A stretch of DNA of 64,000 nucleotides from an uncultured bacterium (GTDB taxonomy: Bacteria > Cyanobacteriota > Vampirovibrionia > Gastranaerophilales > Gastranaerophilaceae): contig CASGEL010000005.1 of the NCBI GenBank assembly GCA_949300485.1, positions 88,453 through 152,452 of the forward strand, given 5' to 3'. Numbering within the stretch: position 1 is the stretch's first letter; each line of letters starts with the position of its first letter. Under the pieces are notes generated by a model, which ran no database searches, was not told where the DNA came from, and saw nothing but the letters and a program-made list of their open reading frames with translations. Shown here piece after piece: positions 10,471-19,423 of the stretch. A program made the translations under genes and the position numbers.

Positions 10471-10995
10471 TTATGCAGCTGCCGCCATGTCTGCTTCAAG
10501 AGCAGCTAAACTTTCTGTAAACATAGGTTTGATCTCTGTATGAGGATCCATTTTTGCCATTTTTGAAATTTCTCTGTCTCGGCTGTTTACGAAGAATGAA
10601 GTGATATCTCTTGTTAAAACTTCTTTTGCTCCGTCAAGTGAAACCTCTTTATTTCCTATTTCGTTGATTTTGTTCCAAGCATGTACAATGCCGTCTTTCA
10701 TTTTCATACCAAATTCTTTGATAGCTTCGATACCTTCATAGAATTTGTTACCGAAATCTGTAAGTGATCCTACAAATGTTGAATAGATTCTTTTTGAGCT
10801 TGCAGTTAAATTACCGGTAAAGCTTACATCTTTTTTGTCATTTTTGTTACTTGATTCAAAAACATCTTCTGTTAAGATATTTTTTTGAAAATTTGATGCT
10901 GCAAAAGGGTTACTTGTTCTTGCAACGTTTTGTTCTGTTACGCTCGTATTAAATATACGATGGCTTAATTGATTAATTTTTTCGATTGCTGACAT
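10471..10995 (-). CDS. Hypothetical protein with the recurrent N-terminal module
   Basis: 174 aa. MSAIEKINQ start and DVSFTG at aa 56-61. AGAGG RBS. No signal peptide or TM. Confidence 0.65.
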   Translation of the reverse strand: MSAIEKINQLSHRIFNTSVTEQNVARTSNPFAASNFQKNILTEDVFESSNKNDKKDVSFTGNLTASSKRIYSTFVGSLTDFGNKFYEGIEAIKEFGMKMKDGIVHAWNKINEIGNKEVSLDGAKEVLTRDITSFFVNSRDREISKMAKMDPHTEIKPMFTESLAALEADMAAAA

Positions 10996-11091
10996 ATATT
11001 AAACCTCTTTCTGGATTATCCACGTACCTAGTCTATCATAGTGTGTAGATTTTAAATCCACCTTTTGAATGATTTGTGTTAAAATACTAAT

Positions 11092-11865
11092 ATGAATTAT
11101 AAAAATCTGGAAGAATTAATAGAGGTTATACGCAGATTGAGGGCTCCTGGCGGGTGTCCCTGGGATAGGGAGCAGACTCATTCTTCTCTTCGCCCGAATA
11201 TGATTGAAGAAGCTTATGAAGCTGTAGATGCGATTGATGATAATGATATGCCGCATTTGCGAGAGGAACTTGGCGATGTTTTATTACAGGTTTTACTTCA
11301 CTCCCAAATTGCAAAAGAGGAAGGCGAATTTGATATTGAGGATGTTGCAAAAGAATTAAAAGATAAATTAATTCATCGTCATCCGCATGTTTTTGGAAAT
11401 GCAAAAATAGATACTCCTGATGGTGTTGTTGATGCTTGGGATAAATTAAAGGCTGAAGAAAAAAAACACAGAAAATCTGCTATGGATGGAATTTCAAGAA
11501 GTCAGGCCGCTTTGATTTCTGCTCAGAAAATATCTAAAAAGGCTGTAAAAACGGGTTTTGAATGGCCAGATGAAGAATCTTTGTATGATTGTATATATTC
11601 TGAATTTGAAGAATTTAAGCAGGCTGAACAAGATGGTGATAGAGCCCATATGGAAGAAGAGTTCGGAGATATTTTATTTGCTACGGTCAATCTTGCAAGA
11701 TGGAATAAAATTGATGCTGAGCAAGCTTTATTAAAAGCAAATAAAAAGTTTGAAAAGCGATTCAGAAAGATGGAAGAATTAGCAGTAAAACCTTTAAATG
11801 AATATTCGTTTGAAGAATTTGATGCTTTGTGGAAAAAGGCAAAAAAGGAAATATCTAGTAATTAA
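11092..11865 (+). CDS. mazG: Nucleoside triphosphate pyrophosphohydrolase MazG
   Basis: LRAPGGCPWDREQTHSSL and two EExxE/D-type MazG repeats (EEAYEAVDAI, EEFGDILFA). Confidence 0.9.
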   Translation: MNYKNLEELIEVIRRLRAPGGCPWDREQTHSSLRPNMIEEAYEAVDAIDDNDMPHLREELGDVLLQVLLHSQIAKEEGEFDIEDVAKELKDKLIHRHPHVFGNAKIDTPDGVVDAWDKLKAEEKKHRKSAMDGISRSQAALISAQKISKKAVKTGFEWPDEESLYDCIYSEFEEFKQAEQDGDRAHMEEEFGDILFATVNLARWNKIDAEQALLKANKKFEKRFRKMEELAVKPLNEYSFEEFDALWKKAKKEISSN

Positions 11866-11884
11866 TTGGTGGAATTATAATATA

Positions 11885-12676
11885 ATGAAAGATGTGCAAA
11901 ATACTCAGGATACAAGAAATGTTGATATTCAAAAAGTAGGAATAAAACATATAGAATTACCGCTTATAATTCAGCGAAAAAATAAATCTGACAAAGTAGT
12001 TTATGCTAAAGCTAGGGCTTGCGTTTCATTGCCTAGGGATTATAAAGGAACTCATATGAGTAGATTTGTTGAGGTCCTTAACGAGTGGCGTACGAAAAAC
12101 CTTTTAGGTGTTGATATTAAAGGCTGTTTAGAAAAGATTATAAAAAGGTTACATGCTCAAAGCGGTGAATTAGAGTTTGATTTTAAATATTTTGTTGATA
12201 AAAAAGCTCCGATAACAGGCTTTTCAGCTCCAATGTGCTATGATTGCTCGTTTGAAGGAATTATTGATAAGGATAGTTACAAATTTATACTGGGGGTAAA
12301 GGTTCCGGTAACTACTCTGTGTCCTTGCTCAAAAGAAATTTCTGATAACGGCGCACACAATCAACGTGCCATAATTTCAGTGAAGGTTTCTTATGATGAT
12401 AATGAACATGTTTGGCTTGAAGATTTGATTGAATTGATTGAAGCTTGCGCGTCTTGTCCTGTTTATCCGCTTCTAAAACGTCAAGATGAAAAATTTGTGA
12501 CAGAACATGCCTGGGATAATCCAAGATTTGTAGAAGATGTATTAAGAGAGGTTGTGGTGAAACTTCGCAGTAATTCTGTTATTAAATCTTTTGAGGTTGA
12601 TTGCGAGGCAATGGAGAGTATTCATAATCATTCTGCCTGGGCTTATCAAAAAGAATTCAAGGGTATTGATTATTAA
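11885..12676 (+). CDS. folE2: GTP cyclohydrolase I type 2 (FolE2/MptA family)
   Basis: Start moved to the internal ATG (M30 of the track ORF) to avoid a 68-nt overlap with mazG. DIQKVGIKHIELPL and GTHMSRF motifs. Confidence 0.85.
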   Translation: MKDVQNTQDTRNVDIQKVGIKHIELPLIIQRKNKSDKVVYAKARACVSLPRDYKGTHMSRFVEVLNEWRTKNLLGVDIKGCLEKIIKRLHAQSGELEFDFKYFVDKKAPITGFSAPMCYDCSFEGIIDKDSYKFILGVKVPVTTLCPCSKEISDNGAHNQRAIISVKVSYDDNEHVWLEDLIELIEACASCPVYPLLKRQDEKFVTEHAWDNPRFVEDVLREVVVKLRSNSVIKSFEVDCEAMESIHNHSAWAYQKEFKGIDY

Positions 12677-14025
12677 ATAATCCCTTCCATCATGTCATTC
12701 AATGCAAGTTTTGCTGTTCTAATCGGTGTTGAAAAGCTTGTGCCGCTTAGTGTTTCTATCGGTATATTATATTCACCTCTAATATTTACAAGTTCTCCTG
12801 CTGCGGATAAGATTTTTCTTTTCCTTTTTGCATAAATTGATATTTTTTCTTCTAAAATACTTCTTTTTTGTAAAAGACTTTTAAAAGATTCTTTTGATTT
12901 AAACAGAGCATATTTTTCTTGTTCTAAATATTTTATTCTGTTATTTAAGTCTTTTATAATATTTTGAATTCTGTCAACTGGTTTGCCTAATAAAGGATTT
13001 TTAAGGTATTTTTCAAAACGAGTGTTTAATAATGGAATATCAGTTCCTGGCAGTCCTGTTATATTAATCCCGAATTTTGTAAGTTTAGGGGTAAATTCTC
13101 CAAGCTCATAATGTTGTGTAAGTTCGGAATTTCTTGATATTGAAAATGGGGCTACTTTACCCCTTTTTTCGCATAACGAACCTACTCCTTCAACTTTATC
13201 ATTTGCACAAAGGTAAAAGTTTGCTAATTCAGATGAATTATTATATTCTCTGTAACTTGCATTGTTTGCAGCAAATATAATTCTGCGATTACCGGATATT
13301 AGTTTATCGTAAATAGTACTTTCCGACTGTAATAGTTTCTTTAAATCTGTTGGTATTTTGAATTTCTTTTTTGCATCTACTTTCAGGCCGTATGAGCATG
13401 ATATATAATCTGCAGTTCCTTGTTCCTCCAAATATTGAACTATTTTTGCAAGATCTTCATGTGTTTCTAATTCCCTATTGGTAACTGATAATCTTACATA
13501 CTTTGCAAACGGATTATTTCGTCTGGCATATGTTAATACAAGATCTCCATGTGTTATTCTGTAAAAAGGAAGAATTTCACTATAGTTATCAGGTATTAAA
13601 ATTGTTTTCGGGGTAAGTTTTGCATTTTTGATGAACCCTCCTTCTCTATCAAGAATTTTTACCAAAATTTTCCCGTCTTCTGTTTCTCCTTCTTTTAATA
13701 TGTTATAGATTTTCCCGTCTTTGGGGTTTGTCCATTCTGCACGAGCAAAGGAATCTCCAATAGTTTCAGAGGTTAATCTTTTTAAATCTTCTGCTGATGC
13801 TTTGGAATATTCTCGTACAATCGGATTTTTGGATTGATGAACAGCTATTTTGTTCATTGCCCTTGCCTGTAGCATTTCAACAGAACAAAATCTCGGTAAT
13901 TCAACAGTTTTTCCTGTGTTATGATCTATAGCTACGGGATTTATTCCATGGATATCTTCAGGTTTGATATTTAATTCACGCAAATATTTTATTACTTTTT
14001 GGCTTAGATGTGAACTTATATTCAT
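12673..14025 (-). CDS. Divergent subtilisin-like (S8) serine peptidase with a coiled-coil insertion and no signal peptide
   Basis: Motifs occur in subtilase order: ILIPDNY (Asp), ITHGDLV (His), ISCSYGL, IIFAANNAS (oxyanion Asn), LSGTSFSTPIRTAKLAL (Ser). About 100 aa of Lys/Glu-rich helix is inserted before the Ser motif. Confidence 0.5.
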   Translation of the reverse strand: MNISSHLSQKVIKYLRELNIKPEDIHGINPVAIDHNTGKTVELPRFCSVEMLQARAMNKIAVHQSKNPIVREYSKASAEDLKRLTSETIGDSFARAEWTNPKDGKIYNILKEGETEDGKILVKILDREGGFIKNAKLTPKTILIPDNYSEILPFYRITHGDLVLTYARRNNPFAKYVRLSVTNRELETHEDLAKIVQYLEEQGTADYISCSYGLKVDAKKKFKIPTDLKKLLQSESTIYDKLISGNRRIIFAANNASYREYNNSSELANFYLCANDKVEGVGSLCEKRGKVAPFSISRNSELTQHYELGEFTPKLTKFGINITGLPGTDIPLLNTRFEKYLKNPLLGKPVDRIQNIIKDLNNRIKYLEQEKYALFKSKESFKSLLQKRSILEEKISIYAKRKRKILSAAGELVNIRGEYNIPIETLSGTSFSTPIRTAKLALNDMMEGII

Positions 14026-14037
14026 TATTAACTCTTT

Positions 14038-14544
14038 CTATAAAGGAATAGATACACCAATGTTTACACTTGTTGTTGATGGATCAATTTTACTTACATC
14101 ATAGATTTGTCCTTCAACAAATACGTTTGCTTTGCCTATTTTGGTCGAAATCCCTGTAAAGTTTCCAACTGTTGTGGAGGCACCGTTTTTCCCGTAAGTT
14201 ACTTTTGTTGCAACATAAGGTGTTGTATAAATACTTGTTTTGTTGCTTATCGGCAGTGTGACTGTACATGGCTGAACTCTAAACTGTACAGATTTTGAAT
14301 TAGGATTTAGGTTGTGTCTTACCCGAAATCCTCCAGAAAAAGCCGAATTTCCGTAAGGCATTGAACCTTTTACATCAATAACGGCCCCTGTTGAACCGTC
14401 CGTAAATGATGTACCAACACCAGCATAGCCACCCAAGCTTCCTTTCCCTATATTTACCCCTGCATCGATCCCTGCAGTTGAAAAGTTTGTACCGTCGCAT
14501 TGTTGAAATGTCCATGCTGAAACCTTTGTGTTAATTCCAGGCAT
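14038..14544 (-). CDS. Gly/Thr/Ser/Asn-rich beta-type hypothetical protein
   Basis: 168 aa with no signal peptide, GGGGAAA RBS. Its stop is 12 nt upstream of the S8-like gene start, in the same orientation. Confidence 0.6.
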   Translation of the reverse strand: MPGINTKVSAWTFQQCDGTNFSTAGIDAGVNIGKGSLGGYAGVGTSFTDGSTGAVIDVKGSMPYGNSAFSGGFRVRHNLNPNSKSVQFRVQPCTVTLPISNKTSIYTTPYVATKVTYGKNGASTTVGNFTGISTKIGKANVFVEGQIYDVSKIDPSTTSVNIGVSIPL

Positions 14545-14689
14545 ATTAGTTTTCCCCTTTATTTATCCCCTTAGTTTTATAAAGTATTTTTTATAAGAGA
14601 AATTGCCTTATTTAAAAACATAGGTTACATTTTGTAACTTTGAAAACTTAAATCTCAGTGCAAAATTTTTTACGTGATATTATTCATTT

Positions 14690-15178
14690 ATGAAAGTTCA
14701 AAATATATGTTTTACCGGAGTTCCGGATAATTATGCAAAAATAGATAACTATGTATCACGTTCTGCCCAGCCAAAAAAGGATGATTTTCTATGGCTTAAA
14801 AATAACGGGGTAACAGATATTGTTAATTTTAGAACAATGACTGTTCCTGATCTTGATTTTGATGAAGCTGAATTAGTAAAGTCTTTGGGGATGAAGTATC
14901 ATAATATACCATCTGTTTCCAAGTATCCGCAAGAAAAAAATGTTTTTGATTTTCTTTCTTTGGCAGATGAAATATCATCTAAAAATGGTAAACTTCATAT
15001 ACATTGTAAACAAGGCGCAGACAGAACCGGCATGTATTCGTATATTTATAAATCATACAAGCATATCGGTTTGGAGTCTGAAAATATTGCAGAATGGATT
15101 GCCAAAGGGCTGCATTTAGAAAAATACCCGGATTTGATAGGCTGGGCTCAAAATTTTGTTAAAAATTATTTGAAGTAG
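14690..15178 (+). CDS. Cys-X5-Arg protein tyrosine / dual-specificity phosphatase
   Basis: HIHCKQGADRTGMY P-loop (HCxxGxxRT), preceded by a DIVNFR-type segment. N-terminus MKVQNICFTG. Confidence 0.8.
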   Translation: MKVQNICFTGVPDNYAKIDNYVSRSAQPKKDDFLWLKNNGVTDIVNFRTMTVPDLDFDEAELVKSLGMKYHNIPSVSKYPQEKNVFDFLSLADEISSKNGKLHIHCKQGADRTGMYSYIYKSYKHIGLESENIAEWIAKGLHLEKYPDLIGWAQNFVKNYLK

Positions 15179-15186
15179 TATTTATA

Positions 15187-16914
15187 TTATTCTGCAAGCA
15201 ATTTGTCTGCAAGTTCAGTTTCAAGAGTTCCGTTAAGAGCTTTTGAAACTTTTTGAAGCTTTTGGGCAATAAGTTCCATATTATCTGTCCAAACAAAGTT
15301 GTTATTTACATATTCTTCAGCCTTGTTAAAATCTCCGTCAATTTGAATACGTATAATTTCAGCCAGCATTTCTTTTGCAATCGGAACAACTTTATCTATA
15401 TTTACATGGATTTTGCCTTCCTGGGTAATGGAATATCCGCCTCTTTCTGCGAAGTATTTATTTTGCATTACTGTACGAACTCTATGAGCTTGAGAGAGGG
15501 TAGGCTTTGATTTTAGAAAATTATCCGCCATTGTTGTAACTATAATTTGAAGTCTCTGTTCTTGGGTGTACATACCAAGCTCTGTCAACAGGTCAACAAA
15601 TGCTAAAGCTCCCATATCTGCTTTGTTTTCTTCTATAATATTTCTGTATTTGCCGAGTTTTTCGCTGCTTTCTTTTGGTCCTAAAGAGTGTGCATTTTCA
15701 TGACCGATTGTAAACCAGTGATCAGCCTCGTCAAGATAATATTTGTGCTGTTCAGGATCTAATATTGCATCAAGTCTTTCCTGTAACTTTTTCATATCAC
15801 TGATAAATCTTATTTGTCTATGGTAAACATTACGTCTTCCGCCGCCTATTGTAAGTGATAATTTATCGGAATTCGGAAGATTTTCAGCTAATGTTATACC
15901 CCCCCTGTATTCTCCTACATCGCCTGAGGCCATTACCATATCAACATCAACCATTGTTTGTTTTGCATCTTCATCTGATGAAATTGTTTGTTCATACTCA
16001 TCTTTATATGGCATATTATCAGCAAGTGTTGGTAAATACTGCTTTATTGCCATCAAAGCATCTGTACCTTTTTTGTTTATAATACCTACTCTGCCGCCTA
16101 AAAAGTCTTTAGGAATAGGTGAAATTCCATGTTCTTTAAGTATTGCTGATAATTCTTCATTTTCAACAATAGTTCCTGTCATTTCATCTTCATAATTTTC
16201 TCTGGTAATAGTAAATTCAAGCGGGGTATCCTGCAAGGTTGCCCATTTTTTATCCGCATAAGCATCAAGCATCGGATCAGCTGTTCTTAATGCTTTTGCC
16301 TGAAGTTGTAAAAATTCGTTAAAGTCAGAATTTGTTGAAACTTCAGAAGCTTTATCGAGTTCGTCTGCCATTTGGGTAAAATCTTCTTTAAAATAATCAA
16401 TATAATCGATTCCTTTTAGTTCATCTCCGTCACGTTCTACTATTGAACGTTGAGTCAGGATATTTTTGACTTTATCGATTTTTCCTTCTTTTAACATTTT
16501 GGTAAGGATTGAATGAAATTCTTCTTTGGATAAGTCTTCAGGGTATACACCTTTTCCAGGTTTTTCTTCTATACCTTTGATTAATCTTATATGATTTGAC
16601 ATAGTATCAATAGCATTTACACCTTTTTGTGCATCAAATAAAATTTTTGTTAATCTTGCCTGTTCATTTCCTTTTTTAACTTCTTCTTCTAAAAATTCTT
16701 TAACTTCAAGATTATGTTTGCAGTCTATCTGCATATTTATTCTTTCTAAAATGTCTGCAGCTTTACACAAATGTTTAAGTGCCTTTTTATCGCCGTCTTC
16801 TAAAGATAAGTATTCAGGCGCATCGGCTTTTAAGAATTTTTTTGTTATTAAGTAATCTTTATTAGTTCTTTTTTCAAGTTCTTCCATAGAAAGATTGAAT
16901 TCAAATGTTTTCAT
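15187..16914 (-). CDS. M49 (dipeptidyl-peptidase III)-like zinc hydrolase, paralog 1, without N-terminal extension
   Basis: GHENAHSLGP (HExxH) followed by IIEENKADMGAL (EExKAD second zinc motif). 575 aa. Confidence 0.6.
   Translation of the reverse strand: MKTFEFNLSMEELEKRTNKDYLITKKFLKADAPEYLSLEDGDKKALKHLCKAADILERINMQIDCKHNLEVKEFLEEEVKKGNEQARLTKILFDAQKGVNAIDTMSNHIRLIKGIEEKPGKGVYPEDLSKEEFHSILTKMLKEGKIDKVKNILTQRSIVERDGDELKGIDYIDYFKEDFTQMADELDKASEVSTNSDFNEFLQLQAKALRTADPMLDAYADKKWATLQDTPLEFTITRENYEDEMTGTIVENEELSAILKEHGISPIPKDFLGGRVGIINKKGTDALMAIKQYLPTLADNMPYKDEYEQTISSDEDAKQTMVDVDMVMASGDVGEYRGGITLAENLPNSDKLSLTIGGGRRNVYHRQIRFISDMKKLQERLDAILDPEQHKYYLDEADHWFTIGHENAHSLGPKESSEKLGKYRNIIEENKADMGALAFVDLLTELGMYTQEQRLQIIVTTMADNFLKSKPTLSQAHRVRTVMQNKYFAERGGYSITQEGKIHVNIDKVVPIAKEMLAEIIRIQIDGDFNKAEEYVNNNFVWTDNMELIAQKLQKVSKALNGTLETELADKLLAE
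16185..16293 (-). repeat. High-identity core segment shared with 18002-18110
   Basis: By hand alignment, 109 nt with about 11 mismatches. Encodes the identical peptide DPMLDAYADKKWATLQDTPLEFTITRENYED in both paralogs. Confidence 0.8.
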
Positions 16915-17012
16915 TATAAAGCTCCTTTTATATCTGTAATTATAAAAGCATTATATCACTTTAGGGGTAAATATACAATAAAGTTTAAACGAGTAGCAGA
17001 TCGCTGCCAAGT

Positions 17013-18893
17013 TTATTGTTTAGTTTTTAGATAGTCAGCTAATGGTGTTTTAACTTCTCCGTTTAGTTTTTCGGAGGACTTTTGCAGGATATCTGATACA
17101 TATTGCATATCATCTGTCCAGATGAAGTTTTTTTCTACATAATCTTTAGCTGCTTTGTAATCTCCGTCTAGCTGAATTTTGATAATTTCTTTTAGCATTT
17201 TTTTGCAGGTTGGAATAACTTTATATGTATGTATATATATTTTTCCGTTATTTAGGATTTCATAAACTCCGTTATCTTTCAGGTATTTACACTGCATAAC
17301 TTGTCTTACCCTATGGGCGACAGACATATCAGGCTTGGCTGATAAAAAATTCTGCATTACAAAAGTAGTCAGAATTCCTTTTCTTTCTTCGTCTGTATAC
17401 ATTCCAAGTTCTGTCAGTTTATCAATAAATGATATTGCCGCAACATCAGCTTTATTTTCTTCAAGAATGTTTCGGTATTCTCCTAATTTTGCTTCATTTT
17501 TATGGGGGCCGAGTGTATGTGCATTTTCATGACCTACTGTAAAATGGTGGCTGGCCTCTTTTGTAATATATTTACTTTGTTCAGGGGTAAGTAATTTTTT
17601 GTAGTTTTCCAATATAAGAGCTTTATTTTCTCTCATTTGTCTGTGGTAAACATTACGTCTGCCGCCGCCAATTGAAAAAGACAGTTTATCCGGGTTTGGA
17701 AGATTTTCTGCAATTGTAATTTTGCCACGATATTCTCCTACTGCACCTGCTACATCTACAAGGTCAACATCAACCATTGTTTGTTTATTATTATTTGTTA
17801 TAATTTGTTCGTATTCATTATTGTATGGCATAAGTTTTGCCAATTCCGGAAGATATTCTTTTGATTTTAGCAAATATTCTGTGCCCTGTTTATTTATAAT
17901 TCCTACTCTCCCACCTAAAAAATCTTTTGAAACAGGGGTGATTCTGTGTTCGTTTAATGCATTTATTAATTTTTTATTTTTAAAAATTGTTTGAGTCATT
18001 TTATCTTCGTAATTTTCTCTGGTAATAGTAAATTCAAGCGGAGTGTCCTGTAATGTTGCCCATTTTTTATCGGCATAAGCATCAAGCATTGGATCTGCTG
18101 TTTTTAGTGCCGCAGCCTGTAATACTAAATAGTCATTAAAATCTTCATTTGTTGAGGTTAAAGATGCTTTTATTAATTCATCTGCAGCTTTTGTGAATTC
18201 TTTTTTAAATCTGTCAGCATAATCTATGCCTTTTAATTCATTTCCGTTTCGAATAACAACCGTTCTTTGGCTGAGAATTTTTTTTATTTCTTCGATTTTC
18301 CCTTCTTCAAGCATTTTGAATAGTATATTATGAAATTCTTCAGTAGATAAATCTCGAGGATATACCCCTCTGCCCGGAGATTGCTGCAATCCTTTGGCAA
18401 GAGATATTTCTTCCATTTTATTGTCTTTTGAAAAAATTCCTTTTTGACCATTAAAAAGTCGCATCGCAGCTTTTGCATCCGGATTGCCTTTGAGAATTTC
18501 TTTATTTAGATAATTTCGGAAAGGTATATTGTTTTCATCATCCAGCTGCAATTCTGCTTCTCCGATATAATATGCAGCTTTTACAAGGTGTTTTAGCGCC
18601 TGTTTATCTCCGGGTTTTAGATTTATGTATTCTTCAGAGTCGGGTGTTAATAGTGTTATTGTAGCGATTTTGTTTGAATTGCTTCTCTGTTTTAATTCGT
18701 CTGAAGATAATCCTAATTCATAATGTTTTCCTTTAAAAGAAATTGCATTTAATGCAGATAAGTTATTTAGTTGGTTGAGGATTACTGTATTATTATTTTT
18801 TGTAATATTTTGATTTTTGTATTGAAATTTATTAGGAATACTGTACTTATGATTATTTTGAATATAGCTTTGATTAATCTTTGATATTTGCAT
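17013..18893 (-). CDS. M49 (DPP III)-like zinc hydrolase, paralog 2, with a 55-aa N-terminal module
   Basis: GHENAHTLGP and ILEENKADVAAI. Collinear with paralog 1 from aa 58 onward. Extra N-terminus runs from MQISKINQSYIQNNHKYSIPNKFQYKNQ to AISFKG. Confidence 0.6.
   Translation of the reverse strand: MQISKINQSYIQNNHKYSIPNKFQYKNQNITKNNNTVILNQLNNLSALNAISFKGKHYELGLSSDELKQRSNSNKIATITLLTPDSEEYINLKPGDKQALKHLVKAAYYIGEAELQLDDENNIPFRNYLNKEILKGNPDAKAAMRLFNGQKGIFSKDNKMEEISLAKGLQQSPGRGVYPRDLSTEEFHNILFKMLEEGKIEEIKKILSQRTVVIRNGNELKGIDYADRFKKEFTKAADELIKASLTSTNEDFNDYLVLQAAALKTADPMLDAYADKKWATLQDTPLEFTITRENYEDKMTQTIFKNKKLINALNEHRITPVSKDFLGGRVGIINKQGTEYLLKSKEYLPELAKLMPYNNEYEQIITNNNKQTMVDVDLVDVAGAVGEYRGKITIAENLPNPDKLSFSIGGGRRNVYHRQMRENKALILENYKKLLTPEQSKYITKEASHHFTVGHENAHTLGPHKNEAKLGEYRNILEENKADVAAISFIDKLTELGMYTDEERKGILTTFVMQNFLSAKPDMSVAHRVRQVMQCKYLKDNGVYEILNNGKIYIHTYKVIPTCKKMLKEIIKIQLDGDYKAAKDYVEKNFIWTDDMQYVSDILQKSSEKLNGEVKTPLADYLKTKQ
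18002..18110 (-). repeat. High-identity core segment shared with 16185-16293
   Basis: See the partner segment. Synonymous sites are also conserved, unlike the rest of the two genes. Confidence 0.8.
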
Positions 18894-18952
18894 TTAAACT
18901 CCTTTAACGTTTTATAAATCTTATAAATATATTTTTTGCTATGTGTTTTTTA

Positions 18953-19423
18953 TTATTTATGGTAAGTTTCGCCCTTCATTATTTTGAAAGCTCGATAAAT
19001 TTGTTCAACCAGAATCAATCTTGCAAATTGGTGCAGAAATGTCATTTTTGATAAGCTCATTTTTAGATTTGCCCGGTTTGACACATTTTTCCCTATTCCG
19101 CAGGATGAACCTATTACAAAAACTACTTCTCCTATTCCTTCATTTGTAAGCTGTTCTATTTTTTTAGAAAATTCTTCACTTGAATATTGTTTACCGTTGA
19201 TTTCCATTGTTATAACGTAATCTTGAGGTTTTATATTAGATAGTATTTTTTCACCCTCTTCAAGTAAAATTTTATTAGTAAGGTTTTCATCTTTTATTTC
19301 AATAGGGTTTAATTCCAGTATCTGCACAGAAGAATAAGGTGTAAGACGTTTTAAAAATTCATCAATACCATCTTTTAGAAATTTTTCTTTTATTTTTCCA
19401 AGAGCTATTATTTTAATTTTCAA
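18953..19423 (-). CDS. rlmH: 23S rRNA (pseudouridine1915-N3)-methyltransferase RlmH
   Basis: SPOUT fold signature: MKIKIIALGKIKEKF, VFVIGSSCGI, LILVEQIYRAFKIMKGETYHK. Confidence 0.9.
   Translation of the reverse strand: MKIKIIALGKIKEKFLKDGIDEFLKRLTPYSSVQILELNPIEIKDENLTNKILLEEGEKILSNIKPQDYVITMEINGKQYSSEEFSKKIEQLTNEGIGEVVFVIGSSCGIGKNVSNRANLKMSLSKMTFLHQFARLILVEQIYRAFKIMKGETYHK

Noticed and set aside
11798-11884. Upstream extension of the folE2 ORF, overlapping mazG by 68 nt.
   Set aside because: The extension (MNIRLKNLMLCGKRQKRKYLVINWWNYNI) has no FolE2 homology. The internal ATG at 11885 begins the conserved sequence just after the mazG stop.
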